Assembly: GCA_017456895.1 (NCBI GenBank)
Contig: JAFTIN010000003.1
Span: 47-64,046, forward strand
DNA length: 64,000 nt
Reading direction: 5' to 3'
Origin: Clostridia bacterium
Lineage (GTDB): Bacteria > Bacillota > Clostridia > Oscillospirales > CAG-272
Position numbers and translations under genes: made by a program. Shown here one piece after another: positions 1 to 9,100 of this stretch. A model generated the notes under the pieces. It was not told the DNA's origin. It was given only the letters and a program-made list of their open reading frames with translations, and searched no databases. How positions within the stretch are numbered: position 1 is the first letter of the stretch; the number at the start of each line of letters is the position of its first letter.

Positions 1-44
1 TTACGCCTTATAAATCTGAAAAACGATCTCATTTTCTCTTTCAT
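1..44 (-). CDS. 5' end of an unknown gene running off the window edge (MKEKMRSFFRFIRR...)
   Basis: ATG at 44 preceded by an AAGGAG Shine-Dalgarno; frame open to position 1; downstream of an ECF-type promoter. Confidence 0.55.
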   Translation of the reverse strand, partial: MKEKMRSFFRFIRR

Positions 45-142
45 TTCTTTTTCTCCTTTTCCATTTTTACTTTTGAAAAACAACCGTTAAACTAAACTCT
101 GCATTGGCATATACCTCCCCAAAATATATTTCTATATATTAA

Positions 143-170
143 TAGACTTTTTTGATCAAAAAAGTTTCAC
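143..170 (-). promoter_or_regulatory. ECF-sigma-type promoter GTGAAAC-N16-GTCTA
   Basis: Same motif and 16-nt spacer recur at 688-715; resembles ECF -35 AAC / -10 GTC consensus. Confidence 0.7.
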
Positions 171-199
171 ATAACGCCTATTGTTCACAAAATATTAAC

Positions 200-226
200 A
201 AAAGCACCCTCAAAAGAAGGTGCTTT
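200..226 (-). terminator. Rho-independent terminator after the secreted protein gene
   Basis: AAAGCACC...GGTGCTTT inverted repeat with T-run on the minus strand. Confidence 0.65.
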
Positions 227-238
227 CGCTGTTTTTTC

Positions 239-649
239 TTAGTTTTTCACAGTTATTTCATTGGTATGTACATCCGCACTTCCGCCGCTACCTTCTACGG
301 TAACCTCAAAGGTGCAACGATATGTACCGCTGCCAACGTCCTTTGTGAATTCGAAAGTTTCCGTAGCATTAGTAGAAGAAGCAGTCCACTCATCTACGTC
401 ACTCCACCAAAGGCCAAATAATCCTTTTTTCTCAAGGATTGCTTTAGCAGATATACGAGAAGTAACGCCGCTATATCCAATAACATTTATAGATATATAC
501 GCAATATCATTTTCTATATCGAATACGCAATTTATATTGCTCACATTATTATATCGCGGTGTTACTGCGTACTCTTCTGCTGAAGCTACAACATTCATTC
601 CAAAGCTCAGAAGAAGGCAAAGCGCAAGGACAAAAGAGATCTTTTTCAT
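239..649 (-). CDS. Small secreted beta-rich hypothetical protein (136 aa)
   Basis: AAGGAGGTGA SD before ATG 649; signal peptide MKKISFVLALCLLLSFGMNVVASA; low GC. Confidence 0.85.
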   Translation of the reverse strand: MKKISFVLALCLLLSFGMNVVASAEEYAVTPRYNNVSNINCVFDIENDIAYISINVIGYSGVTSRISAKAILEKKGLFGLWWSDVDEWTASSTNATETFEFTKDVGSGTYRCTFEVTVEGSGGSADVHTNEITVKN

Positions 650-687
650 TTTTTCACCTCCTTTCGCATATATTATATATTTCTTAT

Positions 688-715
688 TAGACAAAAAATG
701 TCGAAAAAGTTTCAC
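688..715 (-). promoter_or_regulatory. ECF-sigma-type promoter GTGAAAC-N16-GTCTA
   Basis: Second copy of the motif, about 40 nt upstream of the 649 start. Confidence 0.7.
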
Positions 716-756
716 TTTTTCAAAAATTTAATAAAATTTAATATATCCAAAAAGTA

Positions 757-785
757 TTGTCTTTGTAAAATCAATAGTATATAAT
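757..785 (+). promoter_or_regulatory. SigA-type promoter for the ECF operon
   Basis: TTGTCT-N17-TATAAT. Confidence 0.55.
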
Positions 786-809
786 AAAAACACAAAAAAG
801 GAGGACGAT

Positions 810-1361
810 ATGATGCTAACCGTTTATCTTGCTATGCTTGACACCGAGGCTGAGAAGCAAAGCTTTGAGAAAATATATAAAAAATACAAAGATCAAATGA
901 TAGGAATAGCCTTCTCTATCCTAAATGATAAGTACTACGCAGAGGAAGCGCTTGATGACGCATTCGTGGCCATAGCAAAAACTATACACTCATTGCCGCA
1001 GGATGATGAGCTGCATACGAGTAATTACGTTTACAAAGTGGTCAGAAACGCAGCTATAAGGGTTTTGAAAAAGAATAACAAAAGCGCACCCCTTGACGTA
1101 TATGCCGATCTGAATAATTTATCTGATCATCAATCTCCCTTAGATAATCTGATTGACCAAGAGAACGTCAAGAGGATTTCAGACTACATAAAAGGGATGT
1201 CTGAGGATTCACGTAACATTCTGATGATGAGATTTCTCCACAATATGAGCTACGTCGACATATCTGTTTCGCTCGGTATCAATTTGAACACCGTGAGGAC
1301 AAAATTGAAACGAGGAACGGCTATACTTCAGGAACGAATAGAGGTAGGATATAAAAGATGA
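810..1361 (+). CDS. ECF-family RNA polymerase sigma factor
   Basis: Region 2 (AFSILNDKYYAEEALDDAF) and region 4 HTH (MSYVDISVSLGINLNTVRTKLKRG); 183 aa; strong SD. Confidence 0.9.
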   Translation: MMLTVYLAMLDTEAEKQSFEKIYKKYKDQMIGIAFSILNDKYYAEEALDDAFVAIAKTIHSLPQDDELHTSNYVYKVVRNAAIRVLKKNNKSAPLDVYADLNNLSDHQSPLDNLIDQENVKRISDYIKGMSEDSRNILMMRFLHNMSYVDISVSLGINLNTVRTKLKRGTAILQERIEVGYKR

Positions 1362-2026
1362 CTGCTGAGAATTTAAAATTAATAAAAGATGCTTTGTATA
1401 TAGTTGCGCGTGAAGAAAACGAAGCAATAGAAAGAGCCATAGCAAGCTCTCCAAAGCCACCCGAGTCATTGTACAAAAAGTGCGATGAAATGGTGGATGA
1501 GCTATTAAAAAAGCAAAAACGTTGCTTACCCATTAAAAAAGCAATAACGATTCTTATTGCCTCAGCTATTCTTATATCAGTGTTTGCTATTGCTGCATAC
1601 GCTTTAAGAGATAAAATAGGCGGATTTTTCGTAGATTTCTTTGAAAAATATGTTTACCTCTCAACCGATCACACTGACTCACCTACCGTTTTGCCATCTG
1701 ATGTTAGTGTAACATATATCCCCGAAACATTTGAGGAAACAAGACGGGATATCGGTCATAGATCCGGAGTGATAGAGTGGAAAGATAACAATTCCACTAT
1801 TACCCTGCAAATCAGTTGTTTAACAAACAGATTTTTCGCGATCGATAATGAAAATTCCGATTACACGCTAATAGAATTGGGAGAGCTTTCTTTACATCGA
1901 ACAGAAAAATACGGACAAACCAACGTAACATGGACCGATGAAAAAATGGTATACACCCTCGCAACCACCGGCGTCGAGTGGGATGAGATGGTAAAGATCA
2001 TTGAAGGAATAAGGGTTGAAGAATAA
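1358..2026 (+). CDS. Probable anti-sigma factor, single TM, DUF4367-like C-terminal domain
   Basis: ATGA overlap with ECF gene; one TM segment; 'VTYIPETFE' and 'DEMVKIIEGI' features of DUF4367-type proteins. Confidence 0.75.
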   Translation: MTAENLKLIKDALYIVAREENEAIERAIASSPKPPESLYKKCDEMVDELLKKQKRCLPIKKAITILIASAILISVFAIAAYALRDKIGGFFVDFFEKYVYLSTDHTDSPTVLPSDVSVTYIPETFEETRRDIGHRSGVIEWKDNNSTITLQISCLTNRFFAIDNENSDYTLIELGELSLHRTEKYGQTNVTWTDEKMVYTLATTGVEWDEMVKIIEGIRVEE

Positions 2027-2084
2027 AAAAACACGGCAAGTTGATCCGCTTTTGACAGATGCTTGCCGTGATATTTTTTATTTT
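2027..2084. terminator. Bidirectional terminator between convergent genes
   Basis: CACGGCAAG...CTTGCCGTG stem flanked by A- and T-runs. Confidence 0.6.
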
Positions 2085-2108
2085 GGACGGATGCTTGCCG
2101 TTTTGCAA

Positions 2109-4475
2109 TCACTCTTTATTGATCTCTTCCACATACCTCACCGCGCTGATGGCGTCGGGAGCGTAGAAGTCAGCGCCGATCTTCCTTGCGTAGGTGCCGG
2201 TAAGCACCGCTCCGCCCACGATGATCCTTACGTGGGGCAGCTCCCTTTTCACAAGAGCGACCGTCCTCTCCATCGCGGGGAGCGTGGTGGTCATCAGGGC
2301 GCTGAGTCCGAGCAGGTCCGCTCCGCTCGAGCGTAGTGCGTCAAGCACCGCAGTCTCGGGTACGTCACGGCCGAGGTCAACAACCCTGTAGCCGTAGCTC
2401 TCAAAGATGAGCTTGACGATATTCTTGCCTATATCGTGGATATCTCCCTTCACCGTCGCGAGAACTATACTTCTCCCTATCTTCTCGGAGGCAGGCACGC
2501 TCTCACGTATCAGGGAGAATGCGGCGTTTGCCGCCTCGGCGCTCATAAGGAGTCCGGGGAGGTATATCCTCTTTTCCTCAAACCCCTTGCCCACTCTGTC
2601 GAGCGCGGGGATGATCTCCTCGTTTATAATATCCAACCCGCCCTTGGTCTCAAGGAGCCTTCCCGTCACCGCTACGGCCTCTGCCTTGAGGCCTTTTTCT
2701 ATAGCTTCGCCCAGGGGCGTGTCGACTTTTTGCCCGTTATCCTTGCTTTCCGCCCGGGTTACGTGCCCCTCAACGTACGCTATATAGTCACTAAATCCCT
2801 CGTCGTGTCCGTCGAGCGCGAGGTAGGAGTGATAGGCCCTCATCATACTCTCGCTCTCGGGATTAATGATCGCAAGATCAAGGCCTCTAAACAGAGCCGC
2901 GGTGTAAAAGGCGGAGTTGATAACCTCCCTCTCGGGGAGGCCGAAGGATACGTTGGAGACACCGAGCGCGCACTTGTATCCGAGCGCCTTAAGGCGTCTG
3001 ACGGTCTCGAGAGTAATTCTCGCATTATCCTTACCCGACGCTACGGTGAGCGTCAAGGGATCAAAGATCAGCTCCTTTGGATCAATGCCGTATTTCTTTG
3101 CCTCGCTGATTATTTTCTCGGCTATCTCTACACGGCCGTCCGCCGTCTCGGGAATTCCCGACTCGTCCATAGTTAGAGCAATAACTGCAGCTCCGTACTT
3201 TTTCACAAGCGGGAACACGGCGGCCATACTCTCGCGAGAGCCGTTGACCGAGTTGAGCAGCGGCTTTCCGTTGTATATTCTCAGTGCGGACTCCATTACC
3301 TCCTTCTTTCCGGTGTCTATTGACAGAGGCAGATCCGTTACCGCCTGTATCTCACGGACAGCGCGGCGCATCACGGCCTCCTCATCTATATCCGCAAGAC
3401 CGGTGTTCAGATCGAGAAGATGAGCTCCCGCCGCCTCCTCCGAGAGCGCGACGGACAGAAGGTAGGACATATCGCCCGAGCGCAGAGCTTCCTTGAGCCT
3501 CGGCTTGCCCGTGGGATTGAGCCTTTCACCCACAATTTTTGACACGCCCCCCACCCTTACCGCGTGAGTATAGGAGGAAACGTAGGTTATTTCCTTTTTC
3601 TCGGGGATCGACACGGGTATATCCCTTGCCATATCAACGAGCGCGCGTATATGCTCGGGAGTCGTACCGCAGCATCCGCCGACAAGACAGGCACCCATCC
3701 TGCAGGCCTCCGTCATAAGAGAGGCGAAGGCCTTGGGAGTGAGGTCGTAGACGGTCTCGCCGTCAACCACCTTCGGGAGTCCTGCATTTGGGTTAAGAAT
3801 AATAGGAACAGACGAGCACTCAAGCAGGCCGGGGAGAAGCTTAAGCATATTCTCCGGTCCCACCGAGCAGTTCATTCCTATAGCGTCGGCGCCGAGTCCC
3901 TCTAAAGCAGCAACCATAGCCTCGGGTGTGGCGCCGGTGAGCAGCTTTCCGTCGGAGCCGAAGGCGCAGGTGACGAACACCGGCAAGGAGGAGCTCTCCT
4001 TTGCGGCAAGGACGGCCGCCTTTGTCTCGTAGAGATCGCTCATTGTCTCAATAAGTATAAGGTCTGCGCCCAGCCTCTCGGCGAGTCGCATATTCGTAGC
4101 AAAAACGCTCACCGCGTCCTCAAAGTCAAGGTCGCCAAACGGCTTCAGCATTCTTCCCGTAGGACCGACGTCAAATGCGACGTACGCCTCCTTACCCGAC
4201 CTCCTTACAGCCTCCTTGGCGAGGCCGACCGCGAGCGTCAGCTCCTTTTCCACCTCGTCGCACTTGAGCGAGTTTATTCCAAAGGAGTTCGTTTTGATCA
4301 CGTCCGCCCCTGCCAGAAGATAGGCAAGATGCAGGGATATGACCGCCTCGGGATCCTTGGTATTCATGAGTTCTGTGGGCTCACCGGGTAAGAGCCCCTT
4401 GCCCTGGAGCACGCTTCCCGTACCTCCGTCGAAGAACAGACGGTCTTTTTTTATTCTTTCGGTAATTTTCATCAT
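2109..4475 (-). CDS. metH: Cobalamin-dependent methionine synthase core (Hcy-binding, pterin-binding, cap and B12 domains; no activation domain)
   Basis: DGGTG start, GMNC and GGCCG Zn ligands, GERLNPTGK pterin domain, DIHDIG B12 motif. Confidence 0.92.
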   Translation of the reverse strand: MMKITERIKKDRLFFDGGTGSVLQGKGLLPGEPTELMNTKDPEAVISLHLAYLLAGADVIKTNSFGINSLKCDEVEKELTLAVGLAKEAVRRSGKEAYVAFDVGPTGRMLKPFGDLDFEDAVSVFATNMRLAERLGADLILIETMSDLYETKAAVLAAKESSSLPVFVTCAFGSDGKLLTGATPEAMVAALEGLGADAIGMNCSVGPENMLKLLPGLLECSSVPIILNPNAGLPKVVDGETVYDLTPKAFASLMTEACRMGACLVGGCCGTTPEHIRALVDMARDIPVSIPEKKEITYVSSYTHAVRVGGVSKIVGERLNPTGKPRLKEALRSGDMSYLLSVALSEEAAGAHLLDLNTGLADIDEEAVMRRAVREIQAVTDLPLSIDTGKKEVMESALRIYNGKPLLNSVNGSRESMAAVFPLVKKYGAAVIALTMDESGIPETADGRVEIAEKIISEAKKYGIDPKELIFDPLTLTVASGKDNARITLETVRRLKALGYKCALGVSNVSFGLPEREVINSAFYTAALFRGLDLAIINPESESMMRAYHSYLALDGHDEGFSDYIAYVEGHVTRAESKDNGQKVDTPLGEAIEKGLKAEAVAVTGRLLETKGGLDIINEEIIPALDRVGKGFEEKRIYLPGLLMSAEAANAAFSLIRESVPASEKIGRSIVLATVKGDIHDIGKNIVKLIFESYGYRVVDLGRDVPETAVLDALRSSGADLLGLSALMTTTLPAMERTVALVKRELPHVRIIVGGAVLTGTYARKIGADFYAPDAISAVRYVEEINKE

Positions 4476-4535
4476 ATAATTCTCCACGCCCCGGGGGTAA
4501 AGCGCATTTTTACCTCCGTCGCGCTGTTTATTACT

Positions 4536-5108
4536 CTATCGTTTTTTTATAGGGATGATCGCGCTGACGCTCTTTTTCGGCACCATAAGTCCGCTCTCGG
4601 TCAGTCTTATTCCGAGCCTTTTGTCCGCCTCGGTAAGCGCCACTATCTCCGCGCCCACTCCAAGCTCAAGGTCGGCATATCCCGGGCTGAAGCGTCCGCC
4701 GACAGCCTCGCTCACCTCGCTCTCGGCAAGGTCGCACAAGGCCTCCGCCATAGCGTCGGCCAGCGCATCAATAATAAACGCCTCGGCAGGAGATATCTCT
4801 GCCCTCTTGAGTATCAGTCTGTCCACCTGCACGCCGAGTGTAGCGACCATCAGGCAGCACTCCGACGCTTCCCCGATCACCTTACCGAGCGCGCGGCTTT
4901 CGGTTTTTATTCTGCCTATTCTGATGGCATCTCCGTCTCTCTCGATACGTATGCGCCGAATAACGTACCCGGGACTTGCCGCCGAGCAAAGGGCCTCATA
5001 TCCGGATGCAAAATACTCTCCTTCAGCTCCCACGGGTATAGACATCCTTGCCGATAACTCACGCGGGTCAAGTCTGAGAGATGAGGGATCAACAGTCTTA
5101 TAGATCAT
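4536..5108 (-). CDS. Stand-alone methionine synthase activation (AdoMet-binding) domain protein
   Basis: RFSPGYADL and MVPKKSVSAII motifs; lies between metF and metH. Confidence 0.85.
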   Translation of the reverse strand: MIYKTVDPSSLRLDPRELSARMSIPVGAEGEYFASGYEALCSAASPGYVIRRIRIERDGDAIRIGRIKTESRALGKVIGEASECCLMVATLGVQVDRLILKRAEISPAEAFIIDALADAMAEALCDLAESEVSEAVGGRFSPGYADLELGVGAEIVALTEADKRLGIRLTESGLMVPKKSVSAIIPIKKR

Positions 5109-5112
5109 TATT

Positions 5113-5982
5113 TCACCTATCCCTTCCGATAATTTCGGATACGCCGTCAAGGATCAGCCTTGCGACGTCGGGCTTGTTCATTGAATACACGTGTACGGCG
5201 TTAAAGCCGCCTGCGTAAAGATCGACTATCTGCTCTATGGCAAAGGCTACTCCCGCCTGTCTCATAGCGGCAGGATCATCTCCGTATCTGTCGATAATGC
5301 GCATAAACTTCTTCGGCAGGGCGTTGCCGGATATCGACGTGATCCTCACTATTTGCTTAGCGTTGGTGACCGGCATTATTCCGGGAACGACCGGTACGTC
5401 CACACCCGCTGCTAAGAGCTTATCCATATAGGAATAGATGATCTCGTTATCGAAGAACATCTGAGTGGTGAGAAACTCGCATCCTGCATCCGTCTTTCTC
5501 TTTATATTCTCTATATCCGCCTCAATGCTCGCGCTCTCGGGGTGTCCCTCGGGATAGCAGGCTCCGCCTATGCAGAAGCCGCCAAAGGAGCGGATCTTGG
5601 CAACCAGCTCGGAGGCATACTTATACACGCCCCCGTGTGTCGAGCCATCCTTGGGTATATCTCCTCTGAGGGCGAGAATATTCTCTATTCCTCTTTTTTT
5701 GAGCTCGGAGAGTATTCTCTCCACCTTTTCCTCATCCGCCCCTATGCAGGTAAGATGAGCAAGAGGAGTTACTCCTCGCTCCGCGATACACGAGGCTATC
5801 TCGGGAGTATATATATCCGTGCTTCCTCCCGCGCCGTAGGTCACGCTCATATACCCGGGCTTAAGATCGGCGATTTCCACCGTCGCCCGCCTCACAGCCT
5901 CAAAGCTGTCAAAGCTCTTGGGCGGAAAGACCTCGAAGGATAAGGAGGGATTGCTTCCATTAATTATATCGGTAATCTTCAT
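5113..5982 (-). CDS. metF: 5,10-methylenetetrahydrofolate reductase
   Basis: SFEVFPPK, SVTYGAGG, AHLTC, LALRGD, YPEGHP, TQMFFD. Confidence 0.95.
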   Translation of the reverse strand: MKITDIINGSNPSLSFEVFPPKSFDSFEAVRRATVEIADLKPGYMSVTYGAGGSTDIYTPEIASCIAERGVTPLAHLTCIGADEEKVERILSELKKRGIENILALRGDIPKDGSTHGGVYKYASELVAKIRSFGGFCIGGACYPEGHPESASIEADIENIKRKTDAGCEFLTTQMFFDNEIIYSYMDKLLAAGVDVPVVPGIMPVTNAKQIVRITSISGNALPKKFMRIIDRYGDDPAAMRQAGVAFAIEQIVDLYAGGFNAVHVYSMNKPDVARLILDGVSEIIGRDR

Positions 5983-6034
5983 TTTTCCTCTTTTACAGCG
6001 AACGTTACCGTCCGCACAGTTTTTTTGTAAATAT

Positions 6035-6063
6035 ATTATACTATATATTTGAAGCTTTTTCAA
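6035..6063 (-). promoter_or_regulatory. SigA-type promoter of the met operon
   Basis: TTGAAA-N17-TATAAT on the minus strand. Confidence 0.65.
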
Positions 6064-6083
6064 TACATTTTTTCCTCCCGATC

Positions 6084-6120
6084 AAAAAAAGAGCTGCCGC
6101 AAACCGAGGTCTGCGGCAGC
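6084..6120 (-). terminator. Rho-independent terminator
   Basis: GCTGCCGCA...TGCGGCAGC stem with T7 on the minus strand. Confidence 0.75.
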
Positions 6121-6143
6121 CGAAGCTTATTTATTTAAAGGTA

Positions 6144-9100
6144 TTACTTCAAGCTCATAAGCTTGTATACGAACTCAAGCTGTCCCTTCTGGAGCTCGGA
6201 GACTGCCTTGCGGTATGCCGCGAATGCCTCTCTGTACTCCTTAAGAGCTGCGATCTGATCCTCATAGCCTGAGGGCATATCCACGCCGAGTGTTCTTACA
6301 CAGTAGTAAGCGTCGGTAAGAGCGCGGTAGTAATCGGTAATCTTATCGGTGTAAAGAATACCCTGCTCTTCCATAGCTGCTATCTTTGCAAGACCCTGTA
6401 CGAAGTGCTTCTCAACGCTGGGCTTACCACGTCTGATGATGGTATCGCCTTCATCAACCTTAACGTTACGGGTATCAGCGTAGGGAACCCAGCTATCCAT
6501 GTTATCCATGGTGTAGCCTACTGCGGGCTCGGTCTTCTTGCCTATGGTCTTGTCGTCGATCATCTCGATAACGACTGCGATCTCAAAGCTTACTGCCTCA
6601 CCGCTGCAGATAGCGAGCTTTCTGTACTGGCTTCTGTCACGCTCATACTCCGTACCGAGCTTTGCAACGTCCTCGGGAGAGTAGGTAGCGCTGTTACCGG
6701 TGGTGTGGATGAAGGTGTAGCAGTCCATGATCTCAAACTTAAGACTCGGGTTGGGAGAAAGAAGGGAGAATCTGACGGTCTGATAAATCGTCTCGCCGTG
6801 CTCGTTCTTGCCCATCTCCTGCTTCATGTAAGCAGTTCTGCCGTCCTTGGAGATCTCAACCTTGTCAACGTATCTGAGAGAATAGTGTGCGAACCAGTAT
6901 ACGGTCTGCATGCTCTTGAAGGAGATCTGGTCCTGGATAACGGTAGTCTTTCTGTCATTGGTAAGAAGCATACCGCGCTCCCATCTGTTAACCTGAGCGC
7001 CAAGAGCGGTACCCATATTATATACTGCGTATGCGCCGTGCTCGTTGCTGCCCCAATCGTAAGAGTCGGCAACAGAGTTGAGTGTCTGTCCGTAAGGAAC
7101 GCCGACGGGATCCGAGCTGATAGCGACGGTGTTGTTACCCTCGGGCTTCATTACGTAATATCTGTATCTGGTAGCGTCGGGCCAGAAGCCGGGCGCGTTG
7201 TAGTTCTCGGTACCGAGATCGTATACCCAGATGTTACCGCCATTGTGGTAAACGAACGCACCCGCGTCGATCTGACCGTGAGTTACGTTGTTCTTACCGC
7301 CAATGATGGATGCAAAGAGCGCTCCTCTTTCCCAGCTGGCTCTGGTAGCGAAGAGGTCAATGTTATCGGAGTAGTAGTCAAGCTGAACCGCTTCAGCGTT
7401 GATCTCTACGTCACGGGGATAGTAGATAAGGTCAATGGGAGTAGCCCACTTAACGTTGCCGTTGATCTGCTTAAGTCTTACGTCGTAAAGAGTGTCATCA
7501 CCGTAGTGCTGAGCAACGTAGAAGAAGTAGCTGGTATCCTGCGAGCCAAGGGTTGCATCGTGGAAGGGGAAGTAATGAGAATCATTATCCTCGGTGTGGC
7601 AAGCGTAGTAGCAGGTAGTGTCAAGTCCCCAGCAATCAAGAAGACCGTAGTTGGTGCCGGCTGCGGAATCAAGAGCAGCGCACATACGGAAGAGATTGTT
7701 GGTACCGTAGTTCCAATATCCGGGAGACTCGTTGTAGGCTCCGTCGGGAGCGTAACAGTCAAGACCGCTATTGTTAATAAGAGTATCGAAGTTGCTGGAG
7801 AGGATGTACTTAGCCTCGTATGTGTACTGCTCGTCAACGTCGCCAAGGATAGCGAGAGCCGCAACAGCCATACCGCCGGTACATACAGCCGCCCAGTTGT
7901 TATTTCTTTCGGTATAGTGACCGCCGCCTGTACCTACTACAGGGCTAAGGTGATCACTCGTCTTGTTGATAGTGGAGTAGTAGCCCTCGTGAACACCCTG
8001 TCTTGCAAGGATCTCTGCGAGAACGGAAACCTCATAGTCGGATCCGTCAAGACGCTTAACACCTGCGTTCTTGAGCTCTACGTAGCCATTGTAGGTCCAG
8101 TCATAGAATACTGCGTAATCGTTAGAGGAGTCTGCGCAGTTGAGGAAGTGACCGGGACCCCAGTGAGTCCAGTTACCGAGGATCAAAGCGACCTCGTAGC
8201 AGAGCTGAAGGTACTTAACATCCTTAGTAAGGACGTAAGCGAATGCCATACCCTCAAGACGGTTGGTACGGTTAGTTATATCAGAACGTCCGCCGACGTC
8301 ATAGCCGAAGGTATCCATATAGTTCTGATCAAGGCTGTGAGTACCGCGGAGGTTGTTACCCTTTGCGTCGTACTGATCGGGCTCAACGCCTGCGAAGGTG
8401 TCGTAGGTACCGTTAGCATCGCGCTTAGCGTAATACTTGTAGTAGCTCTCGCCCGCGTCAACTATTCTCTGATAGTGTACCCACATCCAATATTCCTCGG
8501 AGCCCTCCTCGAGCTCGTCAGCCTCTGCTTTGGCGTTGAGAGCCTGGTACTCATTGTACATAAGGTCGATCTGCTCGCCGTTAGCAAGAATGTAGGGGTG
8601 CTGGAAGCCGTTAGTATTGTTCTTAACGTCCTCGTAGATCTGATCGGCAGTGAAGTAATCGAATACGAATTCCTTCATAACAGCTACCATAGCCGCAAGA
8701 TTTACGTCTCTGTCAAGTATATTACGATATTCGGAAATTGCGATATATCCCATATCATCGTAATCGCTGTGATATCCGGGGAAGAGACTGTCAACGTCGG
8801 AAAGCGCGATAGCGATGAAGGTGTTGCCGTCAGCATCGGTAACGTATCCGGGAGCTGTGTTGAGATCTACAACTATACCGCCAACGGTAGCCTCCTTCTT
8901 ACCTATGAAGAGATAGGTCGCGGAAAGTCCGGTGGAAATATCGATAGTGGATCCGTCAGGATGCACGTAAGAGGGGTAACCTATATATTCGAGAACCTTG
9001 TCAAGGGAGATCATGACCTCTCCGTTAATTCTTACGGGAGCGCCGAATGCAGTGCCGTCATCAGCAACAGCTATAGGCTTTCTTTCCTTTCCTATGTAGC

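Noticed and set aside
152-731. + strand ORFs 152..421 and 261..731
   Set aside because: Antisense to a signal-peptide gene that has a strong SD, promoter and terminator
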